Assembly: GCF_032191835.1 (NCBI RefSeq)
Contig: NC_083231.1
Location: forward strand, 8,618,001 to 8,682,000
From: Heteronotia binoei
Lineage: Eukaryota
Reading direction: 5' to 3'
DNA: 64,000 bases
The notes below the pieces were generated by a model, which made no database searches, had not been told where the DNA came from, and saw only the letters and a list, made by a program, of their open reading frames with translations. A program made the position numbers and the translations under genes. This document shows, in pieces, positions 12,620-24,811 of the stretch (position 1 is its first letter; every line of letters begins with the position of its first letter).

Positions 12620-13105
12620 TTAATTTTATGTTGTTGAAGGCTTTCATGGCCAGAGTTCATTAGTTGTAGATTTTCCGGGCTGTATGGCCATGGTCTTAGC
12701 ATTGCAGAACCTGATGTTTCGCCAGCAGCTGTGATTGGCATCTTCAGAGGTATAACACAGAAGGCTAGAGTTCTGTGTCAAAGTGAGAAGAAGATGGTAG
12801 GCAGGTAATTTATATCTACTCAGGAAGGTGGGGTAGAACTGAGTCATTATCTTACAGGAGTTTCCCAGGCTGTAACATGCTATTAGAGGAGGTTTTCCTG
12901 AGGAGGTTCTTTTATATATGGATTGGCTGTTGAAATTCTAATCTTATCTGTAGTGCTGTTGTAAGATGTAGAGCATTTTGTGTTTTTCAGAACTGGAAAC
13001 CATGAAAATAGGGCATGCCAGTCACAGCTGCTGGCAAAACGTCAGGTTCTACAATGCCAAGACCACAGACAGCCCAGAAAAATCTACAACTAATGACTTT
13101 AACTT
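12620..13105 (-). mobile_element. Penelope-like fragment with inverted terminal repeats (12620-12750 minus, ~13010-13105 plus)
   Basis: The two arms are reverse complements (gccagtcacagctgctggc..aacgtcagg...aaaatctacaactaatga); the spacer resembles a decayed PLE endonuclease end. Confidence 0.65.
12710..12750 (-). ncRNA. Minimal hammerhead ribozyme motif, sense to the RBPJ pre-mRNA
   Basis: cct-CTGAAGA-t-gcca...tggc-GAAA-c-aTC-agg; one G>A change in stem III relative to the sister copy (acgtc). Confidence 0.55.
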
Positions 13106-13159
13106 TATACTGTTACTTCAGCCCAATACGGCTACCCACCTGGATCAAGACAGAGAATC

Positions 13160-13720
13160 ACAAGCTGATGATGGGCTCTCCTTCCTTGGAGGTTTTTAAA
13201 CAGAGGCTAGATGGCCATCTGACAGCAATGAGGATCCTGTGAATTTAGGGGGCGGTATCTGTGAATTTCCTGCATTGTGCAGGGGGTTGGACTAGATGAC
13301 CCTGGAAGTCCCTTCCAACTCTATGATTCTGTGATATGATTCCATGGCCTACACAAGGAATTTAGCTAAGAATAGAATATTTGCTGGCCTGCCAGTCATT
13401 AAAATATCAGTTAAAGTGTGGGAATACAATCTGGGAGGTAGAACTGAGTGGGTTCTAATTTCAACCAACGGGTTGGAATTAAATCAAGAGAGTTTCCAGC
13501 TCAACATTAGGAAGAACTTCCTGACCGTGAGGCTTCCTCGGGAGGCTTCCTCGGGAGGTGGTGGGCTCTCCTTCCTTGGAGGTTTTGAAACAGAGGCTAG
13601 GTGGCCATCTGACAGCGATGAAGATCCTGTGAATTTAGGGAGAGGTATTTGTGGGTTTCCTGCACTGTGCAGGGGGTTGGACTAGATGACCCTGGAGATC
13701 CCTTCCAACTCTAGGATTTT
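13160..13720 (+). mobile_element. Two short CR1 3' fragments of the (ATTCTATG)n family (13160-13335, 13470-13720)
   Basis: gggctctccttccttggaggtttt...ggactagatgacc...ccttccaactct. Confidence 0.85.
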
Positions 13721-13858
13721 ATGGGAGGCTCAGGTTGAAATCCTCACTCTGTCATGGAAGTTTGCTGGGTGACCACAGGCCATCATGCACACTCAGCCTA
13801 ACCTTCCTCACGGGGTTGCCATGACAACGCAATAGAAAAGGGGAGAGAGGGCAGGTTA

Positions 13859-14035
<177 letters not shown>

Positions 14036-14113
14036 TTATGCCCGACAGAAGGCATGTTACGGCATCATACAATCATACACTGTCAAGGATTTTTAAGCAT
14101 AATTTAACCTTTA

Positions 14114-14281
<168 letters not shown>

Positions 14282-14534
14282 TCATCCGTTAAAACGACAG
14301 GGTGCGTTAAAAGCAAACATGTATGTTTAAACGGTTTGTACAAGCAACTCCATTAAATCCACAGATAAAGGATTTCTTCGAAATAAAACCTGAAGTGCTT
14401 TGGATATAAGCTAAAATTGACAAGTGTGTCTTTTAAAAAAGCAGCCGCCCCCCCCGCAAACCCATGCAAAATCGCTTGTGTGCTCTAAGCTATTGGTGCC
14501 TGCCAAACCTTTCCTGGAGCCCACCAAATGTTTT

Positions 14535-14564
14535 CAGGAAGAAGAGGAGGTAGAGGAAGAGGAG

Positions 14565-14596
<32 letters not shown>

Positions 14597-14690
14597 GGAA
14601 GAAGAGGAGGAAGAGGAAGAGATGGAGGAAGAGGAGGAGAAGGAAGAGGAAAAAGACGAAGAAGAGGAGGTGGAAGAGGAAGAAGAAATA
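14535..14690 (+). repeat. (GAG/GAA)n purine triplet repeat, expanded SINE tail
   Basis: About 155 bp of near-pure GAG/GAA abutting a SINE 3' end. Confidence 0.92.
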
Positions 14691-15045
14691 ACTGGATTTA
14701 TATCCCACCGTCCACTCTGAATCTCAGAGCAGCTCACAATCTCCTTTACCTTCCTCCCCCACAACAGACACCCTGTGAGGTAGATGAAGATATTGGATTT
14801 ATATCCCGCCCTCCACTCCGAAGAGTCTCAGAGCAGCTCACAACCTCCTTTCCCTTCCTCCCCCACAACAGACACCCTGTGAGGTGGGTGGGGCTGGAGA
14901 GGGCTCTCACAGCAGCTGCCCTTTCAAGGACAACTCCTATGAAAACCATGGCTGACCCAAGGCCATCCCAGCAGCTGCAAGTGGGGGAATCAAACCCGGT
15001 TCTCCAAGATAAGAGTTCATGCACTTAACCACTACACCAAACTGG
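14690..15045 (-). mobile_element. Squam3-like SINE followed by a second truncated 3' copy
   Basis: Head at ~15045; tail repeated at 14690-14783 and 14785-14880. Confidence 0.85.
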
Positions 15046-15315
15046 TGGGGTTGGGTCACGCAAGGCTTTTGTGCAGCAAGGCTTTTGACGTGACTGGCTG
15101 TGCAAATTTCTAAAAGTGCTGCTTTGGCAGCAGCTGCCACCACAGTACAAGGATCTCCAGTGGCAACCATTATGCAACTAGCTCCACCTCCTTTGGTATC
15201 CATTTTGTGGCAGACATTTGGTAGCAAAAGGCGCAGGCTCAAAAAGGTGGGGGGGGGCCTTGCTCTAAGTCTAGGCACCAGCAATAGCCACAGAGTCACC
15301 AGACAGTTGCCGCTA

Positions 15316-15525
<210 letters not shown>

Positions 15526-15710
15526 CTATTTCATCCCAAAGACAGATACCCACGCAGGATTTATGCAGTCCTGAATCGAGCCGTCAGGAGATTTAGGAGG
15601 TGAAATGCAGAAAGGGATTTCAGTAAACAATAATAAATTTTTAAATCTGGTGTCCTCTGTGTATCTTTCAGCACAGCCCTATGGTGTAGTTCTTTTGTAG
15701 TCACACATAA

Positions 15711-16730
15711 GGAACATAAGAACATAAGAGAAGGCGTGTTGGATCAGGCCAATGGCCCATCCAGTTGAAAACTCTGTGTCACACAGTGGCCAAAAAACCC
15801 AAGTGCCAGCAGGAGGTCCGCTAGTGGGGCCAGGATACTGGAAGTCCTCCCACCGTGCCCCCCAAGCACCAAGAATACAGAGCATCACTGCCCCAGACAG
15901 AGAGTTCCAACAATAAGCTGTGCCTAATAGCCACTGATGGACCTCTGCTCCATATTCTTATCCAATCCCCTTTTGAAGTTGTCTATGCTTGTAGCTGCCA
16001 CCACCTCCTGTGGCATGAAAATATTAAGTAAATTAAGTCTGCAACCCTATGCAGCTCTGCTCCTATCTAAGCACACTGGATGTGGAATAACTCTGCACAT
16101 ACTTCCTCCCTTCCATAGACAAGTCTACAGAACATAAGAGAAGCCCTGTTGGATCAGGCCAATGGCCCATCCAGTCCAACACTCTGTGTCACACAGTGGC
16201 CAAAAAAACCAGGCACCATCAGGAGGTCCATCAGTGGGGCCAGGACAGTAGAAGCCCTCCCACTGTGCCCCCCCAAGCACCAAGAATATAGAGTATCACT
16301 GCCCCAGACAGAGTTCCAACAATACGCTGTGGCTAATAGCCACTTATGGACCTCTGCTCCATAAGAACAGAAGAGAAGCCAGGTTGGATCAGGGCAATGG
16401 CCCGTCCAGTCCAACACCCTGTGACACACAGTGGCCAAAAAAACCAGGTGCCATCAGGAGATCCATCAGTGGGGCCAGGACACTAGAAGCCCTCTCACTG
16501 TGCCCCCGCCCCAAGAATACAGAGCATACATTTAGCATCCCCTCATAAGAACATAAGAGAAGCCATGTTGGATCAGGCCAATGGCCCATCCAGTCCAACA
16601 CTCTGTGTCACACAGTGGCAAAAATATATATATATACACACACACACATACACTTATATATACACACTGTGGCTAATAGCCACTGATAGACCTCTGCTCC
16701 ATATTTTTATCTAACCCCCTCTTGAAGCTG
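15711..16730 (-). mobile_element. Cluster of four co-oriented CR1 3' ends
   Basis: Tails at ~15711, 16130, 16361 and 16546, each followed by the stem-loop and 150-300 bp of 3' UTR. Confidence 0.9.
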
Positions 16731-16909
16731 TGTAAGAACATAACTACTCTATAGAGTTTCAAATCATGAAACTCTATAGAGTAGTTAAAGATTTAAAGCT
16801 CCTTTGTTCTGATCAGACCACCAAGTTCAGTACTAACTACTCAGACTGTCAGTGGCTCTCCAGCAGAGATCTTGTACACATCGCCTCCTCTTAGAACAAA
16901 GTAGGAGTC

Positions 16910-16990
16910 AAGGTGCACCTTTAATACCAACAAAGTTTTATTCAGGATGTAAGCTTTTGTGTGCTCTAAGCACACTTCATCAGAAGAGGA
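16910..16990 (-). mobile_element. Penelope terminal-repeat fragment with a mutated hammerhead core
   Basis: CTGATGA-a-gtgtgc ttaga gcacac-AAAA-gctt; G12 replaced by A at 16958. Confidence 0.65.
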
Positions 16991-18149
16991 ATGGTCCTTT
17001 TTAAATGGAGATTCCAGGGATTGGACCTGGGACCTTCTGCATGCAAAACAGAAGCTATACTACTGGAGCCATGGCCCCTCCTGAGTGTGATATATTTCAA
17101 TAGCAACACAGACCGGTGTTTTCCAGATGCTTTCTAGTAGTTGTAACATACTGTAACTGTATTTTTTTGAAACAGAATGTGAGTGTTATCTTGCTGCCTG
17201 TTACACAGCCTTTAAAGCAGCTCACAACTAGAGAGAATAAAGACACAATAACAGGAAGGTGATTGTTTTTTTTAAGGTGGATGACAGCGCAAACCGTCCT
17301 TGGCTGTTGCTACTACTCCAACTGCCATTCTTCAAGGGGCCCATGTAAAAAGCCCTATATAAATGGATCAAATTAGGGATTGTCTGGAAATTGCTTATTA
17401 AACTGCCCCTCTCCCAACAATACAGCACAATAGGGTGGAGGAGTTGAAAGAGTTTAGTAAGCTATTTTCAGACCATCCCTACAAGCAATACGAAAAAACA
17501 TCTTCCCTAAAGTTGGGGCATACCGCTTTACAAAAGTGTGCTGAAATTTTCAAATCCTTCAGGGAAACGTATTCCCCTAGCTCTTTAAGGAGCTTCATAG
17601 AATTATTGTTACCGATTTCTCTGTTGATAAAGGAAACTCAGTTTCTTAAGCCTTCAGTTCAGCTGGTTCAGCTGCATTTTTGTCTGCAACAGCAAAACTT
17701 GGAATGACATTAGGTTCATCTGCATGTGGAAACATAATAACTGGGGTCCTTTTTTTAAAAAAAAGAAGTTTTAGAAAGTTTCAGTAATTGTTTCTAGGGA
17801 CTGCAACGAGAAAAAGAAATTATGCACACAGTTCATGTTTTAGTCACCCATCCTTTCTGCAATGCAAACAGCTGCTGCAAAGACATAGTGAAGCGGTAAA
17901 AGGACCTGGGGGGGGGGGGTCTGTGTTTAAGTTCTTACACTGTCATGAAACTGCAAGCTGCTCAGTCTTGTAGCCTAGACTACTCCACAGGGCTGTTGTG
18001 AGGCTCAAAATGAGGACAGGGAAACCACAGAGGGCTCCTCCTTGGAGGAAGGGTAGAATGAACATGTAACTAGAAAGGTAAGGGGGATCTTACTGAAGGG
18101 GAGCCAAGATGGTGCAAAACAGTGAACCATACTGTATAGATTTGATGTT

Positions 18150-18312
18150 AAGATTTTAAGTTTTTAGGTTTTTAAATGTTCTGACTTTTTAAAATGTTTA
18201 TATATGTAATAATAATCTAAACTCTGTTTTATTGTTGCTGTGAGCCGCCCTGAGCCATTTTTATGGGAAGGGCGGGATACAAGTCATAGAATAAAATAAA
18301 AAAATAAATAAA
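18150..18312 (+). mobile_element. L2 LINE 3' tail
   Basis: tgtgagccgccctgagcc...gggcgggata...(AATAA)n. Confidence 0.7.
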
Positions 18313-18453
18313 CAGCAACTGACGCAAGGTCAGCTCACACAGCAAAGTACTGAGCCTCTGAACACCGTTTATTCTTCTGCTCCATCAAAGGACTTAACGC
18401 CTTCTGCCCCCCAGAGTGTCAATCAAAAGACTCCAAAGTGAACTCGGCAGTCA

Positions 18454-18866
<413 letters not shown>

Positions 18867-20087
18867 GTTAGGATCACATCTGCATTAGGTGTCATTTGTT
18901 AAGGACTCTTTACTGAATTGCATACGTTATGCACAAAATTACTAGAAGCCAAGCTAAGAAAAGCTGCATCTTGTGGCCTATACTGATCACCAGAAAGGAA
19001 ACTGGCTTGTATGCCCATGCCAACTTTGTCCTTTACCACGGCTACTAGAAGTATCAGAATAAGTTCTGATACTTCTAGTAGCCGTGGTAAAGGACAAAGT
19101 TGGCATGGGCATACAAACAATGTCCTTTCAGTGCAGAAGCTCCACTCGAGGCTTCCAAGATTTTACCATGCACTGAGGACACACTTTCATCACAGTTTTA
19201 AAGCCTAAAAACTTGCTGTTTTTAAAATGGAATCTGAGGATGAAATTTGAGGATGCTGACCTGACACCTCCCCCCACCCCCCCACCCCAAAAAATCATCA
19301 TCTCAGTGACACAATCATGACTGCAAAACTGTAGAAGATACTCAGCCCCGGCTTTGTGATAGAAGAAAGTTATCTACAATGCTCCAAATTAGATATAAGT
19401 CTCAGACACAACCCAGTCAAAGCTTTGCATTCAAAAGTCCTACCATGTTTAGTGGAAGAAAGCCAAGTGTGCACTTTCGCCCCACTGAAACCTGCAGGAC
19501 TCCAACTTCAGTTGGTCACAGGTACACCGTTGGTCAATCATCTCACAGCACACACAATTTCTGAGACTGCATATTCCTAGCAATTGTTCCATTCTAGAGC
19601 AAATCCGTTTTGCTTTGCAACAGGGAGCTTTAATCTAAAGGAATGAGGGGATGCAAGGAACCATTTTACAGAGAGAATTAAATAAGCAAGAGAACTGAAA
19701 GTTATAAGAGCTGATAAAGCACATTTCTCTCAGAGCTGTCCTTCTCCACTGCAATCTTCTCCTGTGGTATATGCTGGAGATATTTGATAACTTTAGAAAC
19801 AGACATAGGTTTCATTCTGCTTTTCTCTTTTGGGCCTGCTTCTAAATGCCTTCTGGACACTAGATGGCGCTCTATACAAAACAGTAACCATTTACTGGAC
19901 AAAACAGAAGAAAACTTTTTAAAACACCATTTTAGACATACCTACAACTAAGTTTACACTGAAAAACTTAAGGATCCCAGAGAAACAATTTTTAATAGAG
20001 TCCATCAAATGAGACTTCCAGGAACCAGGGAAAAAGGAGATATTGCAGATGCCTCAACAAAGCGAGAAAAGCTGGAGAACTGGTTCA

Positions 20088-20234
<147 letters not shown>

Positions 20235-20446
20235 TCAAAATGTATTTTGTATATTATATAATTTGCACATCTCTAAATTTCAATTGTTCTTTTTTTGGCA
20301 CAAGCAAAAATCTATTTAAGCATAACTGGTTGAACAACAAGATACTTAAAATACCTGGTGTGTTATGGTTACTGAACATTAATGATTGACTTCTCAGATA
20401 CAACAGAAAAGAAGAAAAAAAGCAGGAACTCCTTTGCAGTTTGGTG

Positions 20447-20705
20447 TAGTGGTTAAGTGCACGGACTCTAATTTGGGAGAATTGGGATTGATTCCCCACT
20501 CCTCCACTTGCAGCTGCTGGAATGGCCTTGGGTCAGTCATAGCTCTCGCAAAGCTGTCCTTGAAAGGGCAGCTGCTGTAAGAGCTCTCTCATCCACACCT
20601 ACCTCACAGGGTGTCTGTTGTGCAGGGGAGGGGAGATAAAGGCGATTGTGACCGCTCTGAGATTCAGAGTAGAGGGTGAGACATAAATCCAATATCATCA
20701 ATATC
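20447..20705 (+). mobile_element. Squam3-like tRNA SINE
   Basis: A and B boxes and family tail. Confidence 0.85.
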
Positions 20706-20973
20706 TTCAGTATTGGGCCACACACACTTGATATAGCCAATCCTCCTGGAGTTTACAGTAGGCCCTGTACTAAGAGCCCTGTAAGCTCTTGGAGGATTGG
20801 CTACATCAGGGGGGTTTGGCAAAGGAGTTCCTGCTACAAAAACAGCCCTGAAAAAAGTACTGAACTGCCAGCAGGAGAGGGGCAGCCTTGCCTGAGATCT
20901 GACCCTCCAACAGAACCTCCCCCCTCTTCTGTTCTGTCTCACCCCAGCCACTGACAACAAAAATGCTTTAAAG

Positions 20974-21428
20974 CAGAGGTCCCCAACCTTTTAGGCACCG
21001 GGGACTGGTTTGTGGAAGACAATTTTTCCACAGACTGGGGGTGGGGAGCGGCAATGGTTTCGGGATTTTGGTGTGTTGGTTAAGTGTGCGGAATCTTCTC
21101 TGGGAGAGCCAGGTGTGATTCCCCACTCCTCCACTTGCAGCTGCTGGAATGGCCTTGGGTTAGCCATAGCTCTCGCAGAGTTGTCCTTGAAAGGGCAGCT
21201 GTTGTGAGAGCTCTCTCAGCCCCACCCACCTCTGCTGTTGGGGAGGAAGATAAAGGAGATTGTGAGCCGCTCTGAGACTCCAAGTGGAGGGCAGGATATA
21301 AACCCAGTGTCGTCGTCTTATTATTACTACATTGTAACAGATAATGAAATAATTATACAACTCATGAACTGGTTGCTAACAGGCCACGGACTGGTACTGG
21401 TCCACCGCCTGGGGGTTGGGGACTCCTG
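20974..21428. mobile_element. hAT-Charlie-like MITE carrying a nested SINE (~21063-21325)
   Basis: TIR cagaggtccccaacc / ggttggggactcctg; perfect TSD CTTTAAAG. Confidence 0.88.
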
Positions 21429-21589
21429 CTTTAAAGGACCCCACCACATCTTTATATGTCCAATGGAATCCTCATAGGCCACACCCAGGAAGGGCAGAGC
21501 AGTGAAAAAACAGCAGCTCGGAGCAAGAGTTTTTCCACTTGCCTGTCCTGCTTCCCCAATGTTCGAACCAAACAACAATGAGACCACTA

Positions 21590-21845
21590 GCGAAGGCTCT
21601 GTGGTCAAACTGAGTTCAATCCCCGGCGGAAGCTGGGTTTTCAAGTAGCCAGCTCCAGGCGGACTCATCCTTCCGAGGTCGTAAAATGAGTACCCAGCTT
21701 GCTGGGGGGGGGGGGAGTTTGGATGACTGGGAAAGGCAATGGCAAACCACCCCATAAAAGTCTGCCGGGAAAACGTTGCGAAAGCAACGTCACCCCAGAG
21801 TCGAAACGAGTGGTGCTTGCAGCACAGGGAACCTTTCCTTTCCTT
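21590..21845 (+). mobile_element. Sauria/Squam-type SINE with RTE-like tail, partial
   Basis: catccttccgaggtcg..aaatgagtacccagc core; gaaggcaatggcaaaccac tail. Confidence 0.8.
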
Positions 21846-22131
21846 GATGCTTTAGACTTGCTTTATTTTCTTGGTGCTGTAGTTCTTTACTAGCTTTGGA
21901 TTTCATTCTTGTTTATGCTGTTTTGTACATTTTAATGCATGGTAAGGGATCCTTTCGATGCTCCTATTGTGGCAGAAAGGCAGCAAGTAATATTTTTTTT
22001 TTAAAAAAATGGATTATAAGATTGTATGTTGGTCTAGCTCGAGAACATTTCTCAGCAGTTATGAAGGAACTCCATTTCTCAGCAGTTATGAAGGAACTCC
22101 ATTTACAAGCCAAATTGAAAACACTGGTTCT

Positions 22132-22597
22132 CCAGCCTCAGATTCAGCAGGCACTCACGGGAGCACAGCTCTTGAACCTTTCCGAGGGTTCCCCCTCTTC
22201 CTCCCCACCTACCTTGTCCATTGAATAGGAGGTGCAGCTGCATAAGAATCTCTGGATTAGGAGAGCGGGCAGCCAGCCAGCCAGCCACCAGGGGCTTTGC
22301 CACGCCCCCAGCAGCCCTCATTAACCCTTGGAGAATCCTGCACCACCCTTTCTCCACTTCTTACATGATTTTGGGCGGTGGGTGGCTTGCTGGCCTTTCG
22401 ATGGGGGGAGGGGGGGGTGGCGGCCCAGGAGAGTCCCAGGCGAGTGAGGCCTGCTTGGGCTGGCTGGATCTCTAGCCAGCCCAAGCAGGCCTCGCTCGTC
22501 CAGGGCTCTCCTTTCTTGCAGCAGGTTGCTTTTGACTGGGCAGGGGTGGCATCTGCTAATGAGCTCCGCCACCTGTTTTTCTACAAAACAACCCCTG
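22132..22597. mobile_element. hAT-type non-autonomous element with internal hairpin
   Basis: Perfect TSD CTGGTTCT (22124-22131, 22598-22605); short imperfect TIR. Confidence 0.7.
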
Positions 22598-23055
22598 CTG
22601 GTTCTTATCTTTCAGGCTCCAAACGGCCTAGGTCAGAGGGCATCTTCAGCGCCTGCCACATGACCCTGGTGGAACCATCCCGCTGCATATACTCACTTGA
22701 CACAGGAATTTCTGGCCTGGAGGTTATTAGGTGAAGGGGTTTTTTTTTGTTTGTTTTCTTTTGTTTTCCCAGACCCTTTGGTGCTATATCAGGTGTGACC
22801 TGATGGTTTCATTGCTCTCTCTTGCAGCGCTGTTTTAACCTGCTGTTTTCATCTTCAAATAGAGGGCTGTGTCAGCAGATTAAAACAGTTACAGCCATTT
22901 TACAGATCGTTGTCACAGTCAAACTCCCCTTCTTTCAGTCAGCCTGGACAGCTGATGCATTTTCAGCGGAAGGCAACTTCATACAAAATCTGCTTCACTG
23001 CAAAACTCTGGCGAAGGTAGATCTCAAATAATAGTCACTGGCTATACTCCAAAAA

Positions 23056-23357
23056 GGAGCCCTGGGGGCGCAGAGTGGTAAGCTGCAGCACTGCAGTCCA
23101 AGCTCTGCTCACAACCTGAGTTTGATCCCGGCGGAAGCTGGGTTCAGGTAGCTGGCTCAAGGTTGACTCAGCCTTCCATCCTTCCGAGGTCGGTAAAACG
23201 AGTACCCAGCTTGCTGGGGGTAAAGTGCAGATGATTGGGGAAGGCAATGGCAAACCACCCCGTAAAAAAGTCTGCCAAGAACACATCGTGATGTGATGTC
23301 ACCCCATGAGTCAGTAACAACTCAGTGCTCGCACAGGGGACTACCTTTACCTTTTTT
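23056..23357 (+). mobile_element. Full-length Sauria/Squam-type SINE with RTE/Bov-B-type tail
   Basis: tRNA head, central domain, (ACCTTT)n end; 12-bp TSD TATACTCCAAAA. Confidence 0.9.
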
Positions 23358-23380
23358 ATACTCCAAAAGAGACAAACACA

Positions 23381-23636
23381 GACTGATTTCGCACTAACCT
23401 TGCTCCGCGGCAGGCTTCCCTTCTTCTCCGGAGCAAGCTAGCGATTTCACACAAGCTGCTCCATGCAGCCGTTTTTTGTCAAGGCAACCTAAACAATTAG
23501 GTTTATGCTGTTGCACATCAAATCGGGGGTTGCTACGATGAAAAATGGTGGCACGGAGCCGCTTGTGCGAACACACTAGCTTACTGCAGAGAAAAAGGGA
23601 AGCCTGCTGCGGAGCAAGCTTAGTGCGAAATCAGTC
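23381..23636. mobile_element. Palindromic Harbinger-like MITE
   Basis: TIR gactgatttcgcacta / tagtgcgaaatcagtc with long imperfect inner arms; no clear TSD. Confidence 0.75.
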
Positions 23637-23897
23637 AAGAGTTTATATTTAAAAATACAGAAGCGTGTTGCAGTGTTAAACTGTCCAGCCTCACAAGCTA
23701 TACTCAGGCAGGACTTGTGCACCCACCTCTCTCTTTAATACACACCAAGCCACAGCAAAGCTTTCCGACATCTAAGCTTTCTATAGGGTGTAACTTTCAA
23801 CCTTGTGATTTCCCATGAGTCTGAATGGCCCAGGCATAACTGAATTCCTGTTTGCAAGGACCAGGTCTTAGTTCATAACGGAACAGCCAAGCCTTAC

Positions 23898-23936
23898 CTG
23901 GTGAGCCGTTTAGGCTGAGGTCGCTCACCGAATTTC
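23898..23936 (-). CDS. RBPJ: RBPJ short common coding exon (KFGERPQPKRLTR)
   Basis: 39 bp; CAG acceptor, GTAAGG donor; matches the KFGERPxPKRLTR motif that follows the alternative first exons of vertebrate RBPJ. Confidence 0.95.
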
Positions 23937-24383
23937 CTGTAAAATAAAACAGTCAGTTGTGAGCAACCCTGAAGCAAGAAGGTCTTTAAAGTAAGGCCAA
24001 TTCAGAAAATGTTGAAGATGCAGATTCCTCTTAAGCCAGAACTGTTTTTGCTGAATATGTATCCTAGCGATTATACAAAAGAGACAAGACATTTAATGGC
24101 ACATATTAATACATAGCTAGGATTTTGTCTGCTCAGAAACGGAAGCTCCAAGAACTACCCACAAAACAGGAACTGATTGGGAAAATATTGCAGCAGCAGA
24201 GGTGGACTATTTATTGCTATTGCTTGCTGGGAAATCCAAGGAAGAAGCAAGAGAATACTGGGAGAAGTTACATGTATGGCTAGACACTTAAGTTGTTTTG
24301 GTGTGAACTGTGGCTAATATTCTTCAAGTTATATGGTTGAAATACAAGCTAACTTGATAACCTAAATGTGAATTTACAATATA

Positions 24384-24811
24384 CCGTATTTTTTGCACTA
24401 TAAGGCACTCCGGACGATAGGACGCACCTTCCTCCTGCGGGGCGATCCGCTGCCTCCGCCTCCGATCCCGGTGCTTCCCCCGCGCCTGCCTGCCTGGCTC
24501 CAGCTTCTTCCAGCAAGCGCTGGGATCGCTCCACGCTGCCCCCTCCGCAAACCCAGCGCTTTGCGAGCGCCGGCTGTGGAGAGGGCAGCGTGCTTCCTCC
24601 GTGCCTGCCTGCCTGGCTCCAGCTCTGACGCTTATAGCAAGCGCCAGGATCGCTCCCTCTGCCCTCCGATCCCGGCGCTTGCTGTAAGTGTCAGAGCTGG
24701 AGCCAGGCAGGCAGGCGCGGGGGAAGCGCCGGGATCAGAGGCGGAGGCAGTGGATTGCCCCCCCCACTTTTTTTGGGGGGGGGAGTGCGTCTTATGGTGC
24801 AAAAAATACGG
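24384..24811. mobile_element. TcMar (Tigger-like) MITE
   Basis: TA|ccgtattttttgcac ... gtgcaaaaaatacgg|TA; GC-rich internal inverted repeats. Confidence 0.85.

Noticed and set aside
14424-15028. Poly-Glu, poly-Ser and Gly/Arg ORFs
   Set aside because: They are translations of a triplet repeat and a SINE.
22066-22103. 27-bp tandem duplication
   Set aside because: Ordinary local slippage with no further structure.
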